Of a DNA stretch of 64,000 bases, positions 31,401-42,410 are shown in pieces. The DNA lies in assembly GCA_002269645.1 (NCBI GenBank), contig NIVC01001010.1, forward strand, positions 124,001-188,000. The letters run 5' to 3'. Both the position numbers and the translations under genes were made by a program. Source of the stretch: Macrostomum lignano. Its lineage: Eukaryota. The notes beneath the pieces are model-generated. The model was not told where the DNA came from, made no database searches, and saw nothing but the letters and a program-made list of their open reading frames with translations. How positions within the stretch are numbered: the stretch's first letter is position 1; the number at the start of each line of letters is the position of its first letter.

Positions 31401-32963
31401 GTGTCTTTATGGGGGTGTCTTTTTGGGGGTGTCTTTATGGGGTGTCTTTATGGGGTGTCTTTTTGGGGGTGTCTTTATGGGGTGTCTTTATGGGGTGTCT
31501 TTATGGGGTGTCTTTTTGGGGGTGTCTTTTTGGGGGTGTCTTTATGGGGATGTCTTTATGGGGGTGTCTCTTTGGGGTGTCTTTTTGGGGGTGTCTTTAT
31601 GGGGCTGTCTTTATGGGGTGTCTTTATGGGGGTGTCTTCATCGAGGTGTCTTTATGGGGGTGTCTTTATGGGGGTGTCTTTATGGGGTGTCTTTATGGGG
31701 GTGTCTCTATGGGGGTGTCTCTTTGGGGGTGTCTTTTTGGGGGTGTCTTTATGGGGGTGTCTTTTTGGGGTGTCTTTATGGGGGTGTCTTCATCGGGGTG
31801 TCTTTATGGGGGTGTCTTTATCGGGGGTGTCTGGGGGTGTCTTTATGGGGGTGTCTTTATGGGGGTGTCTTTATGGGGTGTCTTTATGGGGGTGTCTTTA
31901 TGGGGGTGTCTTTATGGGGTGTCTTTATGGGGGTGTCTTTATGGGGGTGTCTATATGGGGGTGTCTTTATAGGGTGTCTTTTTGGGGGTGTCTTTATGGG
32001 GCTGTCTTTATGGGGTGTCTTTATGGGGTGTCTTCATCGGGGTGTCTTTTTGGGGGTGTCTTTATGGGGCTGTCTTTATGGGGTGTCTTTATGGGGGTGT
32101 CTTCATCGGGGTGTCTTTATGGGGGTGTCTTCATGGGGGTGTCTTTATGGGGTGTCTTCATGGGGGTGTCTTTATCGGGGGTGTCTGGGGGTGTCTTTAT
32201 GGGGGTGTCTTTATGGGGTGTCTTTATGGGGGTGTCTTTATGGGGTGTCTTTATGGGGGTGTCTTTATGGGGGTGTCTTTATGGGGTGTCTTTATGGGGT
32301 GTCTTTATGGGAGTGTCTTTTTTGTTATGTCCTGATGGGGTTTCTTTATTTGGGTATTTCTATGAAAAAAAGTCGCTTGGCTGCAGGGCACTCTGGCGCA
32401 ACGCCTTCGGCGGCATCGTCCCACAACCAGCGCTGACGGCGGTTCTGCCCGTTCCGCTGACCCCTGAGCACACTGCACAAGCGCGCAAATACTGTACGCA
32501 GGCACAGCACTCACACACGCTCACACAGGGTGTACAGCAGCCCTGACTTTCTAAGCGTCAGGCACGTACTCTCTCTGTGCCTTGAGGGTTGCTCGTGGCT
32601 GCAAATCGCACGACAACCCCTCCCCCAGCCAATTTTCGAGCCGGGGGTTGCGGCGCCTGCGACAGTCAGCCGCGTTCACCGCTTTATGCAGAGGCATCGA
32701 GAGAAGTCCCTCACCCTCAGGTCGTTGCCAACCAGGTAGGCCCGCACGGTGCCAGTTTCAACCGCGGCCGCGGAGGCAGTGGGCGCCGTCTCCTGGTAGA
32801 TCTCCTGCAGCCGGTCCTCGCTGTTGACCGTGTCGGCCACCTGCAGCTTGAAGCCGTCCAGATACTCCGCGTACTCGCGCAGCCCGGCAGCCTCCGACTC
32901 GCACATGCCGGCCAGGCGGTCCCGGTCGAACTGACCAGTTCGACCAGTTCGACCAGTTGCCAT
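28489..32963 (-). CDS. Small IQ-motif protein gene. Exon 1 32963-32716; exon 2 present twice (30993-30634 and 28848-28489); possible further exons at 25141-25029 and ~23687
   Basis: ATG at 32963, phase-0 donor CTGAGG|GTGAGG, phase-0 acceptor CTGCAG|AAG. AAVKIQRSYRAHRIRRRW fits the IQ motif. Confidence 0.65.
28870..30180. repeat. 13-14-bp minisatellite (GGGGTGTCTTTATG)n; duplicate at 31015-32315
   Basis: Seen directly; source of the GVSLWGCLYG false ORFs. Confidence 0.95.
30394..32528. repeat. ~2.14-kb tandem segmental duplication of ~28250-30393
   Basis: Unique segments recur at offset 2145 (28456 vs 30601) and look identical. Breakpoint ...CTCACACAGGG|TCACTGATTTGG joins a SINE to the minisatellite. 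Confidence 0.9.
32378..32695 (-). mobile_element. tRNA-derived SINE; other copies at 30242-30393 (truncated), ~50090-50390 and ~58993-59180, all in the same orientation
   Basis: Shared body CTGAGCACA...GCGCGCAAATACTGTACGCAGGCACAGCACTCACACACGCTCACACAGGGTGTACAGCAGCCCTG. On the minus strand the 50390 copy begins with A-box-like CAGTTCAGTGG and B-box-like GGTTTGATTCC. Confidence 0.75.
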
Positions 32964-33522
32964 GGTGATTCGATAGCAAGCTGCTCACTTGATGCTTAGC
33001 TGACGGTTCAGTTTTGCTCAAAGTTTTCACCTTTCCACTGCCGATCTCTGTCCAACCGTCCGCTTCTGTATAAAAAATGAGGCGAGAAAGAGAGAGAAAG
33101 AGAGAAGGTCTTTAACTCTCCGCCCATGACGGTCCATTGTGAGCAAAGCGCTAGCTTCTCCAGCATCTTAAATTTTGATGAAGACGGCATTGTACTCAAA
33201 ACGTAGTTCGTCCCCGCTTCATTTCCAGTCTCTCTCTGAGCCGTCCAGTCTTATTTAAGAACAGTGGAAATTAAATTTTGTACAGCTATACTAATAAATT
33301 AATTTATTCATAGGCAAACTACACTACTGACGCAAACAAAAGAGTAGAAGTGAGCGTGTTTTATTTATTTAATCTGCTGCGACTAGCTAGCCAATCAGAG
33401 CCGAGGGCGAATTATTTCGCAGGAATGCAGGTAAAAATCGGTAAAAAAGCGGCGAATCTCCGGATCAGCCAGCAGTTTGACGAAAATCTCTGGCACTGTT
33501 TACAGAAAGATTGGAGTAAGCA

Positions 33523-36500
33523 ATGGACAAGCCGAGTTCCAGTACCGCCGGCCCTGGCGACAAGCACGACAGCAACAACAGCCTGGAGTCCAAGCGGCGA
33601 CTTCGCTATCAAAAGAGCTACAGTGTTGAGATTCAGGTTCGACATCGATGCCTTCGATTGCTGAAGTGCTTAGTGGGCTTAAGAGAATCGGTTTCCACTC
33701 CAGGTATCCAATAAACTACTCCTGCAGGTATCCCATAAACTACTCCAGGTATCCCATATACTACTCCAGGTATCCCATAAACTACTCCAGGTATCCCATA
33801 TACTACTCCAGGTATCCTATAAGCTACTCCAGGTATCCCATAAACTGCTCCAGGTTTATAAACGACTTCAGGTTATCCTATAAACTACACATCGCAATGC
33901 CATAATGAAGCAAAATTTAGTCACTAATAATGAATAACAATTCTAGAAGCACGACGAACGCCGAGACAGTCTGATCGCTGACGCTTACAAGGAGGCTCGC
34001 ATCAACGAGGAGGTGGCCCGCAGCCTCGAGCAGGACGAGCAGGAGGCCTCGATGCTGCTCAGAATGAAGCGATACGCCACTGTTGTCAAGATTGCCAGAC
34101 AGACCGGCTACAGCGTCTCCATGACGGTGCGGGAGCTGCTGAGGCAGACTGAGGTGAGTTCGAGGATCGGTGAGATATGAAAATGCATTGGATCCAATGT
34201 CATGGATCTCATAGTTCTCATAGCCAAATCTCACGGATCTCATGACCAAATCTCACAGATCTCATGGCTATAATCTGACGGATCTCACGATCAAATATCA
34301 TGGCTTTCATGGACCAAATCTCATAGATCAGATCTCAAAAATATCTCACGAACCAGATCTCATGGATAAGATCTCATAGATAAGATCTAGTGTATAAGAT
34401 CTCATAGACCAGATCTCATAGACCAGATCTCATAGACCAGATCTCATAGACCAGATCTCATAGACCAGATCTCATAGACCAGATCTCATAGACCAGATCT
34501 CATAGACCAGATCTCATAGACCAGATCTCATAGACCAGATCTCATAGACCAGATCTCATAGACCAGATCTCATAGACCAGATCTTATAGACCAGATCTCA
34601 TAGACCAGATCTCATAGACCAGATCTCATAGACCAGATCTCATAGACCAGATCTCATAGACCAGATCTCATAGACCAGATCTCATAGACCAGATCTCATA
34701 GACCAGATCTCATAGACCAGATCTCATAGACCAGATCTCATAGACCAGATCTCATAGACCAGATCTCATAGACCAGATCTCATAGACCAGATCTCATAGA
34801 CCAGATCTCATAGACCAGATCTCATAGACCAGATCTCATAGACCAGATCTCATAAACCAGATATCATGGACCAACCGCTGTCGTGACGAGCAGCATCTAT
34901 TTTTAGTCGACTGCATTATCCGCCAGCTTCTATTCTTCCAGCAACATCACCTTCTGACGGCTCAATCAATATCTCAATTCTTTGGTCTGGTGAAAAAGCA
35001 GCATTGAAATTGAGAGTTCGGCATTGAAGCCGCGGCCGGTTTGAGCAGAAAAGGAAGGTCCAACAGCAAGGGGAAACACGGGTCTCAAGAAATCCTGATT
35101 TGAAGCGGATGAAGTCCGCGGTTGCTGGGGGGACAATGCGGGGCTCTGATAGCGGCAGTATAAATAACTGCAGTCACTGGGACAGCAGGAAGTTTGCACA
35201 CGGGTCCGGGGGTCGGCGCGGGAGAAGGCAGAAGCCCAAGAGTTAGAGTTGTGGGAGGCGGGAATGAGTAGGCAGGGGGAGGGTCCTCAGCCCGTCTCTG
35301 GTGGCCCGGAAACCGGCCGGGCTGCTGTAGAATGGCCGTCCAGAGTGGGGGGCTGTTTCTTAGAAAATCGATGCACGCAATCAGAGAACAACCCCTCCCC
35401 CCTGCCTGCCCGCGAACACCTGACCCCAGCTGCAATCAGTGGAGCTGGTGCACCTGGAGTGTCGCAGCGCCGGTTCCACTGTGGACATCCTGCTGGTCAC
35501 CAAGTGCGCCGAGGCCAGCTACGATGCACTGGTGCGGGAGCTGTCAGGCCTGCCTCAGGTTGCCTCCGTGCTGCAGGAGAATAAGGACTCGGCCAAACCC
35601 GGTGAGCTGATTGCCGTCCTGCTCAGTTCCCTGAGTGCCACTTGCCTCCCATTGTCTCAGTTCCCTGAGTGCCACTTGCCTCCCATTGTCTCAGTTGCCT
35701 GAGTGCCACCTCCCTCCCATTGTCTCAGTTGCCTGAGTGCCACCTCCCTCCCATTGTCTCAGTTCCCTGAGTGCCACCTCCCTCCCATTGTCTCAGTTCC
35801 CTAAGTGCCACTTCCCTCCCATTGTCTCAGTTCCCTAAGTGCCACTTCCCTCCCATTGTCTCAGTTGCCTGAGTGCCACTTGCCTCCCATTGTCTCAGTT
35901 CCCTGAGTGCCACTTGCCTCCCATTGTCTCAGTTGCCTGAGTGCCACCTCCCTCCCATTGTCTCAGTTGCCTGAGTGCCACTTGCCTCCCATTGTCTCAG
36001 TTGCCTGAGTGCCACCTCCCTCCCATTGTCTCAGTTGCCTGAGTGCCACCTCCCTCCCATTGTCTCAGTTCCCTGAGTGCTACCTCCCTCCCATTGTCTC
36101 AGTTCCCTGAGTGCCACTTCCCTCCCATTGTCTCAGTTCCCTGAGTGCCACTTGCCTCCCATTGTCTCAGTTGCCTGAGTGCCACTTGCCTCCCATTGTC
36201 TCAGTTCCCTGAGTGCCACTTGCCTCCCATTGTCTCAGTTGCCTGAGTGCCACCTCCCTCCCATTGTCTCAGTTGCCTGAGTGCCACCTCCCTCCCATTG
36301 TCTCAGTTCCCTGAGTGCCACCTCCCTCCCATTGTCTCAGTTGCCTGAGTGCCACCTCCCTCCCATTGTCTCAGTTCCCTGAGTGCTACCTCCCTCCCAT
36401 TGTCTCAGTTCCCTGAGTGCCACTTCCCTCCCATTGTCTCAGTTCCCTAAGTGCCACTTGCCTCCCATTGTCTCAGTTGCCTGAGTGCCACTTGCCTCCC

Positions 36501-39500
36501 ATTGTCTCAGTTCCCTGAGTGCCACTTGCCTCCCATTGTCTCAGTTGCCTGAGTGCCACTTGCCTCCCATTGTCTCAGTTGCCTGAGTGCCACCTCCCTC
36601 CCATTGTCTCAGTTCCCTGAGTGCCACCTCCCTCCCATTGTCTCAGTTCCCTAAGTGCCACTTCCCTCCCATTGTCTCAGTTCCCTAAGTGCCACTTCCC
36701 TCCCATTGTCTCAGTTCCCTAAGTGCCACTTGCCTCCCATTGTCTCAGTTGCCTGAGTGCCACTTGCCTCCCATTGTCTCAGTTGCCTGAGTGCCACTTG
36801 CCTCCCATTGTCTCAGTTCCCTGAGTGCCACTTGCCTCCCATTGTCTCAGTTGCCTGAGTGCCACTTGCCTCCCATTGTCTCAGTTGCCTGAGTGCCACT
36901 TGCCTCCCATTGTCTCAGTTGCCTGAGTGCCACCTCCCTCCCATTGTCTCAGTTGCCTGAGTGCCACCTCCCTCCCATTGTCTCAGTTCCCTGAGTGCCA
37001 CCTCCCTCCCATTGTCTCAGTTCCCTGAGTGCCACCTCCCTCCCATTGTCTCAGTTCCCTGAGTGCCACCTCCCTCCCATTGTCTCAGTTCCCTAAGTGC
37101 CACTTCCCTCCCATTGTCTCAGTTCCCTAAGTGCCACTTGCCTCTCATTGTCTCAGTTCCCTGAGTGCCACTTCCCTCCCATTGTCTCAGTTGCCTGAGT
37201 GCCACTTGCCTCTCATTGTCTCAGTTGCCTGAGTGCCACTTGCCTCCCATTGTCTCAGTTCCCTGAGTGCCACTTGCCTCCCTTTGTCTCAGTTCCCTGA
37301 GTGCCACCTCCCTCCAATTATCTCAGTTCCCCAGAATCCTACATCCTCAGAGACTTCATCATAGCAATGTTTCACCTAAAATTTTTCCATTGAAAACTCC
37401 TTCAGACCTGTGGTTCCCGAGGCACATCTCCGAGTTAGATGAGTGCACGCACCTGCTGCTCAAGTTCCAACCGGAACTGGCCACCGACCATCCGGTAAGT
37501 AAAATGAGTCATTTTTTCTATTGATTTGCATAGTGCCAACTGTTTAAACAATGTCCCAAAATATGCAAACAGGGGTTCCACGACCAGGAGTACAGGAGGA
37601 GACGCTCGGAAGTTGTTGAAATCGCCTTTAACTACCGATAGTAAGGACCTCTGCCGTGCTCAATAGGGGTTCTTGAATGTTGCTGCTTTATTGAGTGTAT
37701 CGTAAAATTAAAATTTTCACTTTGCTACTATATATTGATTTCAGCGGCGACCCGATTCCGAGGGTTCAGTACACTGACATCGAGGTGGAAACGTGGTATG
37801 CTTGAGGCAGTTTGCTAGTGGGTTCGATAGTCATCATTTTCCTCACTGGTCACTCTCCTTTTCGGGTCTTAAGACTGGTCACTCTCCTTTTCGGGTCTTA
37901 AGGCTGGTCACTCTCCTTTTTGGGTCTTAAGGCTGGTCACTCTCCTTTTCGGGTCTTAAGGCTGGTCACTCTCCTTTTCGGGTCTTAAGGCTGGTCACTC
38001 TCCTTTTCGGGTCTAAGGCTGGTCACTCTCCTTTTCGGGTCTAAGGCTGGTCACTCTCCTTTTCGGGTCTTAAGACTGGTCACTCTCCTTTTCGGGTCTT
38101 AAGGCTGGTCACTCTCTTTTTCGGGTCTTAAGGCTGGTCACTCTCCTTTTCGGGTCTTAAGGCTGGTCACTCTCCTTTTCGGGTCTTAAGACTGGTCACT
38201 CTCCTTTTCGGGTCTTAAGGCTGGTCACTCTCTTTTTCGGGTCTTAAGGCTGGTCACTCTCCTTTTCGGGTCTAAGGCTGGTCACTCTCCTCAGATGCAA
38301 GCACTAGCTGTAATCATTAAAAAGCCAACCCTAACGCAGGCGGGCCGCCTACACCACGCTGAAGGCTCTCTACGCAACCCACGCGTGCAAAGAGCACCTG
38401 GATGGAATCGCTCGATTAGAGGCCGAATGCGGCTACGGCCCGGATGCCATCCCGCAGCTGGAGGACATCTCCAGGTACCTGAAGAGTAAGTACTCACTAG
38501 TGATAATGCGCGCAACCCTTTGGTCTTTATCCTACTCGTATATACTAAAAATGATGCTTTTCAAATGCTCTGCAAATCACACAGAGCAGACCGGCTTCTC
38601 ATTGAGGCCAGTGGCTGGGCTACTATCCGCGCGAGACTTTTTAGCCAGCCTGGCTTTTCGCGTGTTCCAGTGTACGCAGTACATTCGGCACCATTCAAAG
38701 CCGCTGCACACACCGGAGCCGTGAGTTTATGTACATTTGTTGGAAGAGAGGCGAGGAAGGAGGGTTGGTGTAAATTTGGGCGGAGAGGCGATGAAGGAGG
38801 GTTAAAAGTGTACATTTGGAGGGAGAGTCGAGGAAGGAGGGTTAGTGTACATTTGGGGAAGAGGTGAGGAAGGAAGGTTAGTGTACATTTGGGGGGAGAG
38901 GCGAGGAAGGAGGGTTAGTGTACATTTGGGGAAGAGGTGAGGAAGGAAGGTTAGTGTACATTTGGGGGGAGAGTCGAGGAAGGAGGGTTAGTGTACATTT
39001 GGGGAAGAGGTGAGGAAGGAAGGAGAGGAAGGAAGGAAGGTTAGGAAGGAAGGAGGAAGGAAGGAGAGGTGAGGAAGGAAGGTTAGTGTACATTTGGGGG
39101 GAGAGGCGAGGAAGGAGGGTTAGTGTACATTTGGGGAAGAGGTGAGGAAGGAAAGTTGTGTACATTTGGGGAAGAATGAGAAGGAAAGTTAGTGTGCATT
39201 TGGGGGGAGAGGCGAGGAAGGAAGGTTAGTGTACATTTTGGGGAAGAGGTGAGGAAGGAAGGTTGTGTACATTTGGGGGAGAGGTGAGGAAGGAGGGTTA
39301 GTGTACATTTGGGGAAGAATGAGAAGGAAAGTTAGTGTGCATTTGGGGGAGAGGCGAGGAAGGAAGGTTAGTGTACATTTTGGGGGGAGAGGCGAGGAAG
39401 GAGGGTTAGTGTACATTTGGGGAAGAATGAGAAGGAAGGTTAGTGTACATTTGGGGGGGGAGGTGAGGAAGGAGGGTTAGTGTGCAGTGTACATTGATTC

Positions 39501-41374
39501 TCAGACATTACAGACTGCAGTTTGTTTTTAATCTGATAGAAACTCATTATTTCTAGGGACTGCATCCACGAGATCATTGGGCACATGCCGATGCTCACCA
39601 ACATGGGATTCGCCGATTTCTCCCAGGAAATTGGGCTGGCCTCGCTCGGGGCCACGGACCAGGAGATTGAGCGGCTTGCCACGGTAAGCTGGGGATAAAG
39701 CTTGAATAACTGACTGGTTTAGCAAGGGACCACGAAAGAATGGCCTCGCAAACACTTTGAGTTAAAGAAAATTGGGAGCCCAATGCCCCAAACTTCCCAA
39801 GCACCCTAAGTCCCCAAACTCCCGACCCGAAACTACAAAAACCCGCAGCCCCAAACCCCACAACCTCAAACCCACACTGAACCCCAGCAATACGCTCGTA
39901 GATAAGCAGTGGGCACAGCACTCCAAGCCAAACTCTCACCCGTCCCCGCCGCCCAGCTGTACTGGTTCACGGTGGAGTTCGGACTCTGCAAAGAGGCCGG
40001 CCAGGTGAAAGCCTACGGCGCAGGGCTGCTGTCCGCCTACGGCGAGTTGCGTCACGCGCTGTCTCAGACGCCGGAGCACAGGCGGTTCGAGCCCAACTCC
40101 ACCTCTGTGACGCCGTACACCGACGAGGACTATCAGCCCGTGTACTTCGTCACTGAGTCCTTCGACAGCATGAAGGCTGAGTTTCGGTGAGATTCGAAGT
40201 ATGAGATTAGAGACAGAATCAAAGGATGAGATTAGAGACACAGAATCAAAGTATGAGATTAGAGACAGATAATCGAAGTATGAGATTAGAGACAGAATCA
40301 AAGGATGAGATTAGAGACACAGAATCAAAGTATGAGATTAGAGACAGAGAATCAAAGGATGCGATTAGAGATAGAGAATCAAAGTATGAGATTAGAGACA
40401 GAGAATCAAAGGATGAGATTAGAGATAGAGAATCAAAGGATGCGATTAGAGATAAAGAAACAAAGGATGCGATTAGAGATAAAGAAACAAAGGATGAGAT
40501 TAGAGATAGAGAATCAAAGTATGAGATTAGAGACAGAGAATCAAAGGATGAGATTAGAGATAGAGAATCAAAGGATGCGATTAGAGATAAACAATCAAAG
40601 GATGGGATTAGAGATAGAGAATCAAAGGATGGGATTAGGGATACAGAATCAAAGGATGGGATTAGAGATAGAGAATCAAAGGATGGGATTAGAGATAGAG
40701 AATCAAAGGATGGGATTAGAGATAGAGAATCAAAGGATGGGATTAGAGATAGAGAATCAAAGGATGGGATTAGAGATAGGGAATCAAAGGTGGGATTAGA
40801 GATAGAGAATCAAAGGTGGGATTAGAGATAGAGAATCAAAGGATGGGATTAGAGATAGAGAATCAAAGGTGGGATTAGAGATAGGGAATCAAAGGTGGGA
40901 TTAGAGATAAAGAATCAAAGGATGGGATTAGAGATAGAGAATCAAAGGATGGGATTAGAGATAGGGAATCAAAGGTGGGATTAGAGATAGGGAATCAAAG
41001 GTGGGATTAGAGATAGGGAATCAAAGGTGGGATTAGAGATAGAGAATCAAAGGATGGGATTAGAGATAGAGAATCAAAGGATGGGATTAGAGATAGAGAA
41101 TCAAAGGATGGGATTAGAGATAGAGAATCAAAGGATGAGATTAGAGACAGAGAATCAAAGGATGAGATTAGAGATAGAGAATTAAAGGCTAGAGCTCAAA
41201 CCGAATTCCCGCAGTAACTACGTCAAAGCGATGAAGAAGAGTTTCGTGGCCCGCTTCGATCCGTACACTCAGCGCATCCAGACTCTGGACAACAAGGAGG
41301 CCCTGACGGCCACCTGCAGCAGTCTGCAGCGGGATCTGGACCGGCTACAGCTGGCGCTGAACGAGTTCCTTTGA
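33523..41374 (+). CDS. TH: Tyrosine hydroxylase. Inferred exons: 33523-~33636, 33947-34153, 35430-35601, 37406-37494, 37573-37640, 37745-37795, 38340-38485, 38585-38720, 39557-39683, 39957-40186, 41215-41374
   Basis: Biopterin-dependent hydroxylase core ([48 protein letters not shown]). TH-type features: [22 protein letters not shown]-terminal KSYSVE...RRDSLIADA (Ser40-like site), and YTDEDYQ (Asp at the TH D425 position, Val in PAH). Boundaries are phase-consistent; the exon 1 donor is weak. Confidence 0.9.
34390..34860. repeat. 14-bp minisatellite (GACCAGATCTCATA)n in TH intron 2
   Basis: Seen directly. A 20-bp repeat (CTCCAGGTATCCCATAAACTA-like) also lies in intron 1 at ~33705-33855. Confidence 0.95.
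35620..37300. repeat. 34-bp minisatellite (CTCAGTTCCCTGAGTGCCACTTGCCTCCCATTGT)n in TH intron 3
   Basis: Seen directly. Confidence 0.96.
37845..38290. repeat. 29-bp minisatellite (CTGGTCACTCTCCTTTTCGGGTCTTAAGG)n in a TH intron
   Basis: Seen directly. Confidence 0.95.
38730..39485. repeat. ~37-bp purine-rich minisatellite (GTGTACATTTGGGGAAGAGGTGAGGAAGGAAGGTTA)n in a TH intron
   Basis: Seen directly. Confidence 0.92.
40190..41190. repeat. 27-bp minisatellite (GAGATTAGAGATAGAGAATCAAAGGAT)n in the last TH intron
   Basis: Seen directly. Confidence 0.94.
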
Positions 41375-42410
41375 GCTCTGATTTTGGCCATTGATGAACT
41401 CTAGTAGTACAGCTAAGTAGTATAGCTTACTCAAGCTAAAGAGGATTAATCAAGGACTACTCCAGTACAAGGATGAAAAACTTTTTGTTTCTTAGAAAAG
41501 TTTCGAAGGCCGAATTCGAGCGGAAAGTACGCTAACCGAGATACGAAGCAACTGAGTGAAAAAATAACCTATTATATTTAATAAATAATATTTCATTAGA
41601 TAAGTGAAAACAATGTATAGTATAGCTCGTAATTTTATTTTCTTAGTTTATTAGTATAGCCTTTTATTTTTTTCTAAGAAACCTTGTGATTCATCAAGAT
41701 AATTGCAACGACAATAGCATTGTAGACCCTAAATTTTACTCAAAATAGACTACTCTATCCTACTTTTAGTAGCTTAAGTAGCATAATTTAGGATGAATTG
41801 GAATTCGTCAAGAAAAATGGATATTATTGTACAATTATCGAGTGCAGGTGTTAGATATGCAATGCATCCTGCAGTGCATGATGAATTGTCATTTAAATTT
41901 AGACACCGCATCGATAACCTACTTACACGAAGAGCCATTACGAGTAGAGTATTAAGTGTTTTTTCTCTTTATCAACTAGCAAGCCTCACTGTTCTAAAAC
42001 GTACCGTTTCTCCTCAAATTGCTTTAGCAACTCGCAGCTACATTTAGCCAATGCTAATTACTGAAATATTTATTAACCCTAGCAGCAACTGTTGCACATG
42101 CGATATTCAATTTAGCTACATGATCTAGTGCATTAGGAGACCCAGCATTCGCACTCAGCACCATTCACTACATATATATTATTTTATCCTGCAGATAATT
42201 ATTGATACTATATAACAAGTTAGCTAGTTCGATCTACAATAATAAATAATTTAGAATATCTATCTCTTTGATGTAGTTTTTGCTATGTAGCACATCCTTA
42301 AAAACATGACTCATCGTATTCGTTTGAATTTTACACTGGATGTGTGAGGGCCTATGCTATATATACTGCTGTTAGTAGGGCTCATCAAATCGCGATCCTC
42401 TTGGTGCCTG

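Noticed and set aside
33523-41374. PAH or TPH identity for the hydroxylase
   Set aside because: [14 protein letters not shown], the KSYSxE/RRxSL N-terminus and Asp at the D425-equivalent position favour TH.
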